A stretch of 64,000 nt of DNA from Nanobdellota archaeon (GTDB lineage Archaea; Nanobdellota; Nanobdellia; Parvarchaeales; Parvarchaeaceae): the NCBI GenBank assembly GCA_021807125.1, contig JAKAPK010000003.1, positions 796 to 64,795 on the forward strand. Reading direction: 5' to 3'. The notes beneath the pieces were generated by a model. It was given only the letters and a program-made list of their open reading frames with translations, did no database searches and had not been told where the DNA came from. Shown one piece after another: positions 38,100-47,884 of this stretch. The translations under genes were made by a program, and so were the position numbers. The first letter of the stretch is position 1. Every line of letters starts with the position of its first letter.

Positions 38100-38421
38100 C
38101 TTATTAACACGTATACTCTCTTCCTAGCAAGTTGTATAAAAGTATAACCTATGCGGATTATTAATAAACACTATATTTTGTATACTCTTATATGGGGTCT
38201 TTATCAATGCAAAATCGGTGATAAAAAGCATTTTCTGGTCTGAAAAAGTCATTATTCGGAGTTGCCGTTCCCCTAAATAATTTGTCCTGATTGCAATGAA
38301 ATAGTAAAGGGCCAATTTTAACAGGAACGATTAGTCTTTGCATTTATTGCCACACAACTAATATATAAATTAGGATGGCGGTCTTAAAAACCTATAAACA
38401 ACTAAAAATGAGGGATAAAAA

Positions 38422-39654
38422 ATGAAAATCGCAGTTTTAGGGATGGGCTATATAGGATTGGTTACCGCCGCCGTTCTTTCTGACAAAGGTAATAAAGTAG
38501 TTGGAGTTGATGTCGATTCTTCAAAAATAAACTTGTTAAATACTGGAAAATCACCTATTTTCGAGCCCGGGCTAGACAGCTTACTAAAAAGAAATTCTGA
38601 AAGAATAAGTTTTCACGTCGATTTTGAAGCAATTAAAGATTCTGACGCAGTATTCATAGCAGTGCCCACACCGACAAAGGGTGGAAGAATAGATTTAAGC
38701 TATGTTATGAGCGCTGCTGACACGATAAATCGCATGGACAAAAACGCATTGGTAGTGATGAAAAGCACTGTAGTCCCCGGTACTGCAAAAAAGATAATGA
38801 AAAACACGAACCTTAAAGTCATATCCAATCCCGAATTCACTAGAGAAGGAACAGCATTGGAAGACACACTGCACCCTGACAGGATAATAATAGGTGGCAT
38901 AGAACAAAAAGGTTGCAATACAGTAAAAAAGATATGGTCCTTTACAAAGGCAAAAGTTCTTGTGACGTCAAATGAGAACGCCGAACTCATAAAATACGCA
39001 AGCAATTCTTTTCTGGCGACTAAAATATCGTTTATAAACGAGTTCGCGAATCTTTGTGAGAAGATACCCGGCGCAGATGTAGAAGTAGTTGCAAAGGGCA
39101 TGGGTATGGATAAGAGAATAGGTCCGTACTTCCTTAAGGCTGGAATCGGCTTCGGAGGCTCATGTTTCCCAAAAGACACAAAAGCTATACGTGCATTTTC
39201 CGAAGATATGGGTGAAGACCTTAGTATAATAGGCGCTGCTATAAAGGTGAATGATAATAGAGTAAATAGAGTCATATCATTAATAAAACGTGCTTTAAAC
39301 AGTAATGATTTATCCGGTAAAAGGATAGGGATTTTAGGGCTTGCTTTCAAAGATAATACTGACGACTTAAGAGAGTCTCAATCACTTAATCTAATAAACG
39401 GATTAACAGAACTGAATGCAAAAGTAAATGTCTATGATCCACTTGTAAAGAAATCTGTAACTGGAACGATAAAATGCGATAGCGTCGGTGAATGCGTAAA
39501 AAATTCGGAAGTTGTAGTTATAGTTACTGAATGGCCGCAATTCGAAACGCTCTCAGGTAAAACTATGTCAAATAAACCTATCATAGATGCGAAAAGAATA
39601 TTGGAACCTACACTTTTCAGAAATTTCTCCGCTATTGGACTGGGAAAGAAGTAG
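38422..39654 (+). CDS. ugd: UDP-glucose 6-dehydrogenase
   Basis: N-terminal KIAVLGMGYIGL, NPEFTREG, catalytic GFGGSCFPKD and LGLAFKDNTDDLRES. Confidence 0.92.
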   Translation: MKIAVLGMGYIGLVTAAVLSDKGNKVVGVDVDSSKINLLNTGKSPIFEPGLDSLLKRNSERISFHVDFEAIKDSDAVFIAVPTPTKGGRIDLSYVMSAADTINRMDKNALVVMKSTVVPGTAKKIMKNTNLKVISNPEFTREGTALEDTLHPDRIIIGGIEQKGCNTVKKIWSFTKAKVLVTSNENAELIKYASNSFLATKISFINEFANLCEKIPGADVEVVAKGMGMDKRIGPYFLKAGIGFGGSCFPKDTKAIRAFSEDMGEDLSIIGAAIKVNDNRVNRVISLIKRALNSNDLSGKRIGILGLAFKDNTDDLRESQSLNLINGLTELNAKVNVYDPLVKKSVTGTIKCDSVGECVKNSEVVVIVTEWPQFETLSGKTMSNKPIIDAKRILEPTLFRNFSAIGLGKK

Positions 39655-39701
39655 AACTTTTTCCCTTGTCACCTGCTGCTATTCTGTGCTTTTTTTCTTT
39701 T

Positions 39702-42110
39702 TTATTGATCTATAGCGATGCCTAGTGGATTTGTGCCGCCATTACCTATGTTAATAGTGGCGATAACTGTATCGGTGGCGATGTTTATAATTGAAATTGT
39801 ACTATCAAACTGGTTTGTAACATATGCATACTGGCCGTTGGGAGTTATCGCTATTTCGTTCGGTCCTCTCCCTACGGGTATAGCAGAACCGACAACGTTA
39901 TTAGTTGTCGTGCTTATAACAGAAACACTATTGTTGTTGTGATTCGTCACAAACACATACTGTCCATTTGGAGTTATAGCGACGCCCCATGGGGCATTGC
40001 TAACGTTAATTGTATCGAATACGGCGTTAGTAGTGGTGCTTATTACGTCAACTTTATTACTAGCATAGTCAGCAATGTACACATACTCACCGTTTGGTGT
40101 TATAGCGATACCTTCTGGAGCCGCAATGGTGCCGCTTACTTTGGATGTTGAATCGGTAGCTGTATTTAGTACCACCACCGTGCTGTCACCAGCAACATAT
40201 GCATACTGATCATTGGGAGTTATAGTAACGGTACTTGGATTTGTGCTTAGAGTTACATTTGTTATAATTGAATTAGTAGCGGTGTTTATAATTGAAACTA
40301 TACCATTAAAGTTTGTGACGTATACATACTGGCCGTTGGGAGTTATCGCAATGTCTCTTGGTGTTCCGACATTAATAACAGAGGTTACTGTATTTGTAGT
40401 GGTGTTTATCACGGAAACTGTATTAGACCCATAGTTTGTGACGTATACATACTGGCCGTTGGGAGTTATAGCGATGCCTGTTGGATTGTTGCCGACGGTA
40501 ATATTGGAGATTATAGAGTTGGTAGCAGTATTTATTACCTGAACTGTGCCATTGCCGAGACCGGAACTACCGGCATTAATAACGTAAGCAAGTGCTGTTG
40601 GTGCTCCCGATGAGGTATTCCTGTTGTTTAAGCTATTTCCGGGAAGCGAATTTATTTCATTCAAAGTAACGTTTGTATTCCGTGAACTAAGTCCGAAGTT
40701 TATGTTAACTTCCAATAGTTGCTTGTCCAAGGACATGACTTCATTTATATAAAAGAACGCTGGCAAACCATCGTAATCCGATATACATACTTGCCCACTG
40801 GTATTCGTCTTCGCGTAGCTACCATTAACATCAAATAAGCTGCAATTTTCGTTGTTATAGCTTACATGATTCACAAATGTAAACTGCGGTATAAAAGAAT
40901 TGGAAGAATAGTTTTGTAAGTTACCAGAAAATACGCCCAACGGCAGAGTTAAAAATCCGAAAATCTGGCCGAGTATAGATCTATTAACACTGGTCCCGTT
41001 TATGTTTAACAATTCCTTTGTTATATTTGTCTTTAGCGGTTCAAAACTGCATTTTAATGTGTTATTTGCGGAATTAACATTTGAGCAGGAAGTTATTCCT
41101 GAATTATTGTATAGTACGTCGAACCTTATGTAATTCGGAAGGCTGACATTGCTATTTCCTACCATATTCGCAATGTTGCTAAAATTAGACAAGTTTACAC
41201 CGAAATCGAATCTTATGGGATCCAGAACCTTTGCAACTGAAAATGACATTGGCAGGGAAAATGACAGAGGCTCTATTGCTGGAGATAGTTTTATACTGCC
41301 ACTGTAAGTGTTGTTCATATTACCGGAGCTTATGAAGTAATAGTCCGAAAGATTGAATATCTGCGGAGTTCCTTTAAGCGACTGATATGCGGACGAAACA
41401 CTGCTTGAAGGTATGGAAGTGTAATGATAAGGGTTTAAATTTAGCGCACCGACAGAGCTAAAGAGCGTTGTTAACAGAAGCAATACTATAACTACTGCTA
41501 CGCCTGATGGTACTCCTACAAATCTGTACAAGAAGAACTCTCTAGTCTTGGCAGCGCCCTTTTTAACTTTTTGCGGCGCCGGTTTCTTGAGTTTCTGCAA
41601 CACGAAGCGTAGTGCTATAAGCACCGCACCAAAAGCTATGAAAACTATATCCAAACTAATTAGTTTGGAGGTTATTGGCGTGGCTATTGTAGATATTAGA
41701 CTTGAGATACCAGATGCACTGGATGAACTGGTGAAATTCGATAATGCTGTCGGTAGAATCAGGTTAAAAATAACATATACGGAAATTAGTGATATAATTG
41801 AAAGTATTAGAACCTCTGTTCCCACCTTTGACAGACCGGTATAGCCGTCACTAAATAATATTATAAGCGCCGCGCCTGCTATTGCGACTAGACCTGAAAT
41901 CACCAATAAATAGTTCAACACGGAAATGCTCAAAAAACCGACAAGCAAGGTACTTTTAGTAAGTAGTGCTATTGTACCGGACAGGTTCTGGAGAAAAAAC
42001 GAGGATATTGAATTAGAACTAAAAAGAACATATAACCCCATAAATTCTGGCAAACTAAAGAAAAGAAGAACGTAACCAAACCCTCTGGCTAATGTACGAC
42101 CTATGCTCAT
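39702..42110 (-). CDS. polytopic-membrane-anchored surface protein with C-terminal YVTN-type beta-propeller
   Basis: About 6 N-terminal TM helices, a sequon-rich middle region, then about 7 repeats of ..ITPNGQYVYVTN..S.VSVI.T.TN.V...I.VG (the 40-residue YVTN repeat). Confidence 0.85.
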   Translation of the reverse strand: MSIGRTLARGFGYVLLFFSLPEFMGLYVLFSSNSISSFFLQNLSGTIALLTKSTLLVGFLSISVLNYLLVISGLVAIAGAALIILFSDGYTGLSKVGTEVLILSIISLISVYVIFNLILPTALSNFTSSSSASGISSLISTIATPITSKLISLDIVFIAFGAVLIALRFVLQKLKKPAPQKVKKGAAKTREFFLYRFVGVPSGVAVVIVLLLLTTLFSSVGALNLNPYHYTSIPSSSVSSAYQSLKGTPQIFNLSDYYFISSGNMNNTYSGSIKLSPAIEPLSFSLPMSFSVAKVLDPIRFDFGVNLSNFSNIANMVGNSNVSLPNYIRFDVLYNNSGITSCSNVNSANNTLKCSFEPLKTNITKELLNINGTSVNRSILGQIFGFLTLPLGVFSGNLQNYSSNSFIPQFTFVNHVSYNNENCSLFDVNGSYAKTNTSGQVCISDYDGLPAFFYINEVMSLDKQLLEVNINFGLSSRNTNVTLNEINSLPGNSLNNRNTSSGAPTALAYVINAGSSGLGNGTVQVINTATNSIISNITVGNNPTGIAITPNGQYVYVTNYGSNTVSVINTTTNTVTSVINVGTPRDIAITPNGQYVYVTNFNGIVSIINTATNSIITNVTLSTNPSTVTITPNDQYAYVAGDSTVVVLNTATDSTSKVSGTIAAPEGIAITPNGEYVYIADYASNKVDVISTTTNAVFDTINVSNAPWGVAITPNGQYVFVTNHNNNSVSVISTTTNNVVGSAIPVGRGPNEIAITPNGQYAYVTNQFDSTISIINIATDTVIATINIGNGGTNPLGIAIDQ
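39705..40590 (-). repeat. tandem repeats of about 120-123 nt encoding YVTN beta-propeller blades
   Basis: The 36-nt string gtttgtgacgtatacatactggccgttgggagttat occurs identically at 40311-40346 and 40434-40469 (123-nt period). Related copies occur at about 39820, 39950, 40080 and 40200. Confidence 0.85.
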
Positions 42111-42212
42111 TATATTATGAATTTATTTGCAATATATAAATCTGATAATAAATTGGTTTCTTGTGCATTGATTCTTTAAAGTATATATATTAAAACCTAG
42201 AAGTGGAACTCT

Positions 42213-44966
42213 ATGAGCGGTACAAACAAATTTTTGATTTATGTTATATTAGCTATTGTGGCTTTTATTGCTGTAGTATCGATATTGTATTTGACTAGCG
42301 AAACTACGAAATACGCCCAAGTGACTACAACGCAAAAAACGCCCCTCATATTCATTTCTACGCAGCCGCTGTCACAACAAGACCCTCAATTCATATCGCA
42401 CATGCAATCAAAGTATAATATTATCGAAACCGGGCCGCAGAATTTTTCATCGTTATTAAGTTCTCCTATAATAATAATAGTTGTTAACATGTCTACTGTG
42501 AACCCTATATCCGGATTAGTTGAAGGCGTACTAAAGAATGAAAGTATAAACATGTCTGTATTTAAAATTGGATCTGGCCTTTATTTTGATAATCTGTGGT
42601 CAAAACATCAGGAAGTTTATGTATTATTGAACATGAACTCTACAGAGACTACAAACGCATTGAACACTTTCTTTGGTCAACCGCAAGTATCTGTTCCTAA
42701 TCTACTGACTGCAAAATCAGATACAGTTTTCAGCGGAAAGGATCCATTACTTGATGGCATCTCTGTCCCTAATTTCCAATGTCCATATGGATGCCCTTTG
42801 GACGCGTTAACTCCTTTAATTCTAAAGCACCCTCTAGATTACTACGCAAATTTTTCTTACGCTTTTTATTTTTCAGATGACGGCTTTTTCAGCGGCGGAG
42901 GCGCTAGTCTTCCTACAAACGTAGGTTTTTGCACTCCTCCTACTCCGGGTACTTGTGTCGGTGTTTATGTCGGTGCGCCAGTGTTCCTTGGACCACAGGG
43001 GCTTGTTACACCGTTTTTGGGTCTTTTCAATGTAAATGTGTCGACAACCTTAGGCATAGACAAGGGCGTTGAAGGAACGGTAACGGAGGATTCCTTCTTT
43101 ATATCTGATTTTTCTTTCAGCCCCACAAGTATTAACAGTACAAATGAAACTATTACATATCTGTTTACGCCGCTAAGTCAACTAATACGAGACGGGGTTA
43201 AAATGTATTCAAACCCCTTGTACCCGCTTCCATTTTTTGACTGGGTTTATGGGGTGTATCCCTTAGTGAGCGTGAATTCGACCATTGGAAATGTGAGCGG
43301 TCTAACACGGACTAATTATACTAACTTGTTTTTCCCTATGAATCTTACCGCACCGGAAGTTTTTACAAACAGTTCTGGCACGTGGAACTTCTTAGAATGG
43401 AGCATATATGAAGAGATAGGAAACGAAACTTACTACCAGACATTCAATGAGTCTACTATTCCTTTCTATGTTCAAGGGCCAATACAGGCAACTGCTGTGT
43501 ATACTTATCAAGCTCCGCCCAAGCCGGGTAGCATTAGTGGGGTGGTAAAATATGCATATTCAAGATACAATAGCTACCTAAACATAAGTGGACTAGGTCC
43601 AGCAATAAGTGGAGTGCACGTCTTGTTCTATAATAACGGTTCGCTTGCAGCGAATGCTACAACCAATATCTATGGACAATATTCTACATCAATCCTGCCG
43701 GAAGGATGCTATAACGTTTCTTTACAATTCCCACTATATTATGAAAATGGGATTTATATCTATCCAGAATACTGGCCAGTATGTGTGTACGGAAACGTAT
43801 ACAATTATAATTTATATGAATTTGGTCAGCCAGGTATGGCCGTATCAAGTCCGGCCGGTTTCCAACCAATAATCCCAAAAAATCAGAATGTAACGCTATT
43901 TGCGCACCTTTATTGGCCAGACGGCAAACCAGTTACGAATTTCTCAGTATATACTTCTTTGAATAGTTCGGCTGGCACATTAAACAGCTCGATCACTAAC
44001 TCCAGTGGAGTTGCTACGATAGGCTGGAATAGCGGTTCAAAGCTCGGTTTTTATTATCTTAATTTCACGAGCTATTTGGCTCATTACCCAGTGTACTACA
44101 CCGTACCTGCAAACATAGTTTCGATAAACTTATCTCGTGAGAATGCAACGGTGCATGCGTTCAACGACAGTAATATCAGCGTACCTTTCAATCTTACTTA
44201 TCCTGGCTCTGTGTACTCTGCCCCGATACCTGCTATTTTAAGTGCAAATCTGTCCTTACCAAGTTTACCTCCTGGAATAACGGCAAAGATACTCAGAAAT
44301 CCCGTTCCATTCTATACTCAACCGGTATTATTACTCTATATAAAAAGTTCAGTTAAAACTGGGTTGTATAATATAAATATCACTGCTACGGACAACGGTC
44401 CGTCATATTGGAAATCGCCGATTTCTTCGACATATGATATGAAATTGAACGTTTCGACGTGCAGCTCTGGCCTCGGCGGAATAAGCGGAACGGTATTAAA
44501 TCTGGACGGAAATCCATCGGCTGCAAACGTAAAAATATCTAACACAAGCAGGATTGTTTATAATTTCAATACTACGAATGGCATATTTGATACTGGATAC
44601 AGCCTAGAACCTGGACAATATAATGTTTCAGCATATGGTATTTTTGGCGGAAATTCACCTTATTACAGCGCAGAAGCTTATGTAACCCGATGCGCTGTTT
44701 ATTCCCTCTCTCAGTTTACCCCTCGAGGGGCAATTTTAGTAAACGTTAAGTTGAATGGGGCTCCAGCCTATAAGGCAAACATCAGTCTACTGCGGAATAG
44801 CGTAACAGTCGCACGTGGGACTACAAGCATAAACGGCGTATATGAAACGCCTTACGATCTCTTAAAAGGAAACTACACGGTATATACGACTTATTCTACA
44901 CTTAATTTCACTTCGCTAGTAAAAATTTATTCTGGCACGTTATCAAACATCACAGTTAATATTTAA
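42213..44966 (+). CDS. large secreted glycoprotein with carboxypeptidase-regulatory-like (CarboxypepD_reg) beta-sandwich modules
   Basis: N-terminal signal anchor and dozens of N-x-S/T sequons. Three modules of the pattern G.ISG.V.......A.V......T...G.Y....L..G.Y.V (for example GSISGVVKY..TTNIYGQYSTSILPEGCYNVSL). Confidence 0.7.
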   Translation: MSGTNKFLIYVILAIVAFIAVVSILYLTSETTKYAQVTTTQKTPLIFISTQPLSQQDPQFISHMQSKYNIIETGPQNFSSLLSSPIIIIVVNMSTVNPISGLVEGVLKNESINMSVFKIGSGLYFDNLWSKHQEVYVLLNMNSTETTNALNTFFGQPQVSVPNLLTAKSDTVFSGKDPLLDGISVPNFQCPYGCPLDALTPLILKHPLDYYANFSYAFYFSDDGFFSGGGASLPTNVGFCTPPTPGTCVGVYVGAPVFLGPQGLVTPFLGLFNVNVSTTLGIDKGVEGTVTEDSFFISDFSFSPTSINSTNETITYLFTPLSQLIRDGVKMYSNPLYPLPFFDWVYGVYPLVSVNSTIGNVSGLTRTNYTNLFFPMNLTAPEVFTNSSGTWNFLEWSIYEEIGNETYYQTFNESTIPFYVQGPIQATAVYTYQAPPKPGSISGVVKYAYSRYNSYLNISGLGPAISGVHVLFYNNGSLAANATTNIYGQYSTSILPEGCYNVSLQFPLYYENGIYIYPEYWPVCVYGNVYNYNLYEFGQPGMAVSSPAGFQPIIPKNQNVTLFAHLYWPDGKPVTNFSVYTSLNSSAGTLNSSITNSSGVATIGWNSGSKLGFYYLNFTSYLAHYPVYYTVPANIVSINLSRENATVHAFNDSNISVPFNLTYPGSVYSAPIPAILSANLSLPSLPPGITAKILRNPVPFYTQPVLLLYIKSSVKTGLYNINITATDNGPSYWKSPISSTYDMKLNVSTCSSGLGGISGTVLNLDGNPSAANVKISNTSRIVYNFNTTNGIFDTGYSLEPGQYNVSAYGIFGGNSPYYSAEAYVTRCAVYSLSQFTPRGAILVNVKLNGAPAYKANISLLRNSVTVARGTTSINGVYETPYDLLKGNYTVYTTYSTLNFTSLVKIYSGTLSNITVNI

Positions 44967-44989
44967 AAAACAATAAACAATATAATAGT

Positions 44990-45271
44990 ATGATAAACGA
45001 GCTTAACGAAAACGTAAAGGAACAATTAATTGAGGAGATAAGCAAGAGGTTATTGAACCTCCCAAATGAACGAATAGATGAATTCTTTTACAGGTGCAGC
45101 GTTATCCACGTAAAAGACACCGGTTTAAAAGCTCTTAACAAACATATGCTGTCTGAGGTAAAAAGAAATGGAAAGAACAGCACTGTGCTGTCAGATCTCC
45201 TTATGAAAAGACCAATAGCAGAAGTTCTAAAAAATCTTGAATATGAAGAGTCTATTACTGGTAAGCAGTAA
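44990..45271 (+). CDS. hypothetical protein (93 aa)
   Basis: ORF 23 nt downstream of the glycoprotein gene. Helical, charged. No family recognised. Confidence 0.4.
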   Translation: MINELNENVKEQLIEEISKRLLNLPNERIDEFFYRCSVIHVKDTGLKALNKHMLSEVKRNGKNSTVLSDLLMKRPIAEVLKNLEYEESITGKQ

Positions 45272-45595
45272 TCCTGGCTTTATATAATGCCTTCAGTTGA
45301 CTGGTTTTTCTCATCATAAAATAGTCCTGCAGCCGATAAGAACAAATTTCTCTTAGTTTATTCGTGTGATCCCCTACTCATATCCGACGTATTATACTTT
45401 GCATGAGTTATCTCTTCTATCAATACTTTTATGACCGAACTGGAAGCTTTCAGCGCGAGTTTGTTTACATCATCCAAAGCCATATTACTTCTTATAAATA
45501 GATAGATTAAATAAGTTATAGCGAAAATTGGAAAAACCTGTAAATATTATAAATGCTGGGTGCAATAGTTTACTAATAAATAAAGGGTGATAAAC

Positions 45596-46168
45596 ATGAA
45601 CAAAAAGATAAAGATATTTGGATTTGGTGGAAGTTTAAGGAAGGAGTCTTATAGTTTTATGCTGCTCAAGAATGCAGCGAAACTGGTTCCGGATGATGTG
45701 GAAATACGCCTGTTCGAACCGTCAAAACTTGAAGCTATACCGAATTTCAACCAAGACAAAGAGACTAGCCCAGAACCTGCTCTTATAGAATTCAAAAATG
45801 AGATAAAAGCAGCGGATGCACTACTGATATCAACTCCGGAATATAATTATTCGGTGCCAGGGTATCTAAAAAACGCAATAGACTGTGCATCGAGACCGTA
45901 CACCGACAACGCATTTCTAAATAAACCCGTCGCATTGATGAGCGTGTCTAGCGGAATGCTTGGCGGAGTTAAAGCACAATTTAGTCTTAGACAGAGTTTT
46001 GTATTCCTACAAATGCCTGCTGTTAACAAACCGGAGATACTTATATCAAACGCTGGCGAAAAATTCGACTCCAAAGGTGATCTTAAGGACGAGAAGACTA
46101 AACAATTGATAACAGAATTGTTAAAAAATCTTTCAAATCTTACACGAAAGTTAAAAACCGACTCGTAA
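45596..46168 (+). CDS. NAD(P)H-dependent FMN reductase family oxidoreductase
   Basis: KIFGFGGSLRKESYS and LISTPEYNYSVPGYLKNAIDCASRP are diagnostic of the FMN_red family. AGGGTGA lies 7 nt upstream of the ATG at 45596. Confidence 0.88.
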   Translation: MNKKIKIFGFGGSLRKESYSFMLLKNAAKLVPDDVEIRLFEPSKLEAIPNFNQDKETSPEPALIEFKNEIKAADALLISTPEYNYSVPGYLKNAIDCASRPYTDNAFLNKPVALMSVSSGMLGGVKAQFSLRQSFVFLQMPAVNKPEILISNAGEKFDSKGDLKDEKTKQLITELLKNLSNLTRKLKTDS

Positions 46169-46258
46169 TCTGATAAAAATGCCTTATAGCTTCACGGCAA
46201 ATACAAAGATGTGCAAGGACGTGAAAGGATCATTTACAAAACCCAGCATTTGATTAAA

Positions 46259-47116
46259 ATGAAACTTAATGCATTTTTTGAGCGTGTCATTGCAGGTAGA
46301 TGGATAGCAGGGCCTAACCTAGAAGACGCATTAAAAATATGCGCACGGCTTAACAGACGCGGTGTGTCGGTTATAGTTAACTATCTGGGAGAAGACGTTG
46401 AAAACAAGCAAATCATAGCAAGCACAGTAAAAACTTATAAGATACTTATAGACGAAATAAAAAAGAGAAAACTTGAGTGCCAAATATCAATAAAATTATC
46501 TCAAATTGGGCTAACACTTTCTGAAGAAATAGCGCGGAAAAACTATTCGGATATAATATCTTATGCGAGAAATAAACACATTTTTGTTTGGATAGACATG
46601 GAAGAAAGTTACTATGTCGAGAATACCATAAATATATACTTATCCGAGGTTAACAAGGGAAATGTAGGCATAACACTGCAATCCTATCTCAGAAGAAGCA
46701 GCTCGGATCTTAAACGACTATCAAAGGTTAATTCTATTATAAGATTAGTCAAAGGTGCTTATAGTGGTAATGAAAGGATTTCTTTTAAAAACAGAAGCGA
46801 AACTACTAAAAACTATTTTAAATTGATAGATTTAGCGCTCAAAAAACTCAATAAATTCACTGTTGCGACGCACGACACAAACGCAATAAAATACTCCATA
46901 GAAAAGAATTTGAAATACAAAAAGGATGTGACATATGCAATGCTTAATGGGATAAAGAACGATTTTATTTTTGATTTGGCGGCGAAAGGTTATAAAACGT
47001 CAATTTATGTTCCTTTTGGCGAGCGCTGGATAGCTTACTCCCTTAGAAGAATAAAAGAGCCGATGAGCGCACGGCTTATAACCAGGTCTTTATTCAGAAG
47101 AAAAAATATCACTTAG
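46259..47116 (+). CDS. proline dehydrogenase
   Basis: ISIKLSQIGL, VWIDMEES, LQSYLRRS, RLVKGAY, ATHD and YVPFGERWIAYSLRRIKE follow the monofunctional PRODH pattern. ATG at 46259 (ORF opens at GTG 46211). Confidence 0.85.
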   Translation: MKLNAFFERVIAGRWIAGPNLEDALKICARLNRRGVSVIVNYLGEDVENKQIIASTVKTYKILIDEIKKRKLECQISIKLSQIGLTLSEEIARKNYSDIISYARNKHIFVWIDMEESYYVENTINIYLSEVNKGNVGITLQSYLRRSSSDLKRLSKVNSIIRLVKGAYSGNERISFKNRSETTKNYFKLIDLALKKLNKFTVATHDTNAIKYSIEKNLKYKKDVTYAMLNGIKNDFIFDLAAKGYKTSIYVPFGERWIAYSLRRIKEPMSARLITRSLFRRKNIT

Positions 47117-47264
47117 ATTTGGATTTTTCCTTCTTGTTTATCGCTTTATTAGTTATCTCAATGCTACATGCGTTATGTTTTGTGCAATAATCAAAACATC
47201 TATCCGCGAGTTCTTTGGTTTTATATTCGAGTCCGCAGTATCCGCATCTGAAGCTCTTACGCAT
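47109..47264 (-). CDS. 51-aa zinc-ribbon mini-protein (not in the ORF track)
   Basis: MRKSFRCGYCGLEYKTKELADRCFDYCTKHNACSIEITNKAINKKEKSKSK has CxxC...CxxxC plus a basic tail. The ATG at 47264 is 2 nt after the stop of the upstream 188-aa gene. Confidence 0.5.
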   Translation of the reverse strand: MRKSFRCGYCGLEYKTKELADRCFDYCTKHNACSIEITNKAINKKEKSKSK

Positions 47265-47823
47265 AGCCAGAGTGGTTCATTTCACTTTTCTTTTGTACGC
47301 TATTGCTTACGGTAGAGCCTTTTCTTATAAGCTCATAGTATGCAGATATTATATTTTGAGAGAGTGCATCGTCTAAGTCAAATGGTTTTAACGCATTATT
47401 TTTATATAGCTTTTCAAGAGTGTTCTGCCAACCTTTCATTAATCTGTCTGCACCATCTTCAGTAGTTGCAGTCACATCTATAAGCGACATTATCCGCTGA
47501 TGGTTTATTTTTTTATCACCGTATATCAGCACTCTAAATAGCATCAAAACGTTGTACATGTCGGCAGAGTAAGATCTCTTTTGACGGATTTTGCTATCTG
47601 TAGTGTATTCCTTGCCGTGCAACGACGCACAAAACCCAGAGTAATCACTTTCTACGGTGCTTACCGCCTCGCTGTTTCCCGACGACTTTATCAAATCCAA
47701 TGGCACCATGTCACAGCGGAAGTACATATCGGCCGCCTGATTAAAATTCTCCGAAACGGTCCTTTCAAAGTCGGCGAGTATCTCTTCCAATGCCGAATCA
47801 TCACTATAGTTGTTTCCAGCCAT
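47257..47823 (-). CDS. hypothetical protein (188 aa)
   Basis: Clean ORF with protein-like composition. No recognisable motifs. Confidence 0.55.
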   Translation of the reverse strand: MAGNNYSDDSALEEILADFERTVSENFNQAADMYFRCDMVPLDLIKSSGNSEAVSTVESDYSGFCASLHGKEYTTDSKIRQKRSYSADMYNVLMLFRVLIYGDKKINHQRIMSLIDVTATTEDGADRLMKGWQNTLEKLYKNNALKPFDLDDALSQNIISAYYELIRKGSTVSNSVQKKSEMNHSGYA

Positions 47824-47884
47824 TTGATTTCTTAGAAGTAATAAACTATATAAGGTTTGCCCTTATAAACTTATAGTAAATATT

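Noticed and set aside
38124-38315. 63-aa ORF in the divergent PGM/ugd promoter region
   Set aside because: AT-rich promoter DNA with an implausible amino-acid composition. The region is needed for two divergent promoters.
38700-39350. 216-aa ORF antisense to the UDP-glucose dehydrogenase gene
   Set aside because: Shadow ORF. The plus-strand product has unambiguous Ugd motifs and the antisense translation has no protein-like features.
45358-45483. 41-aa minus-strand ORF in the 45272-45595 intergenic region
   Set aside because: No ribosome-binding site, promoter or recognisable motif. Likely chance.
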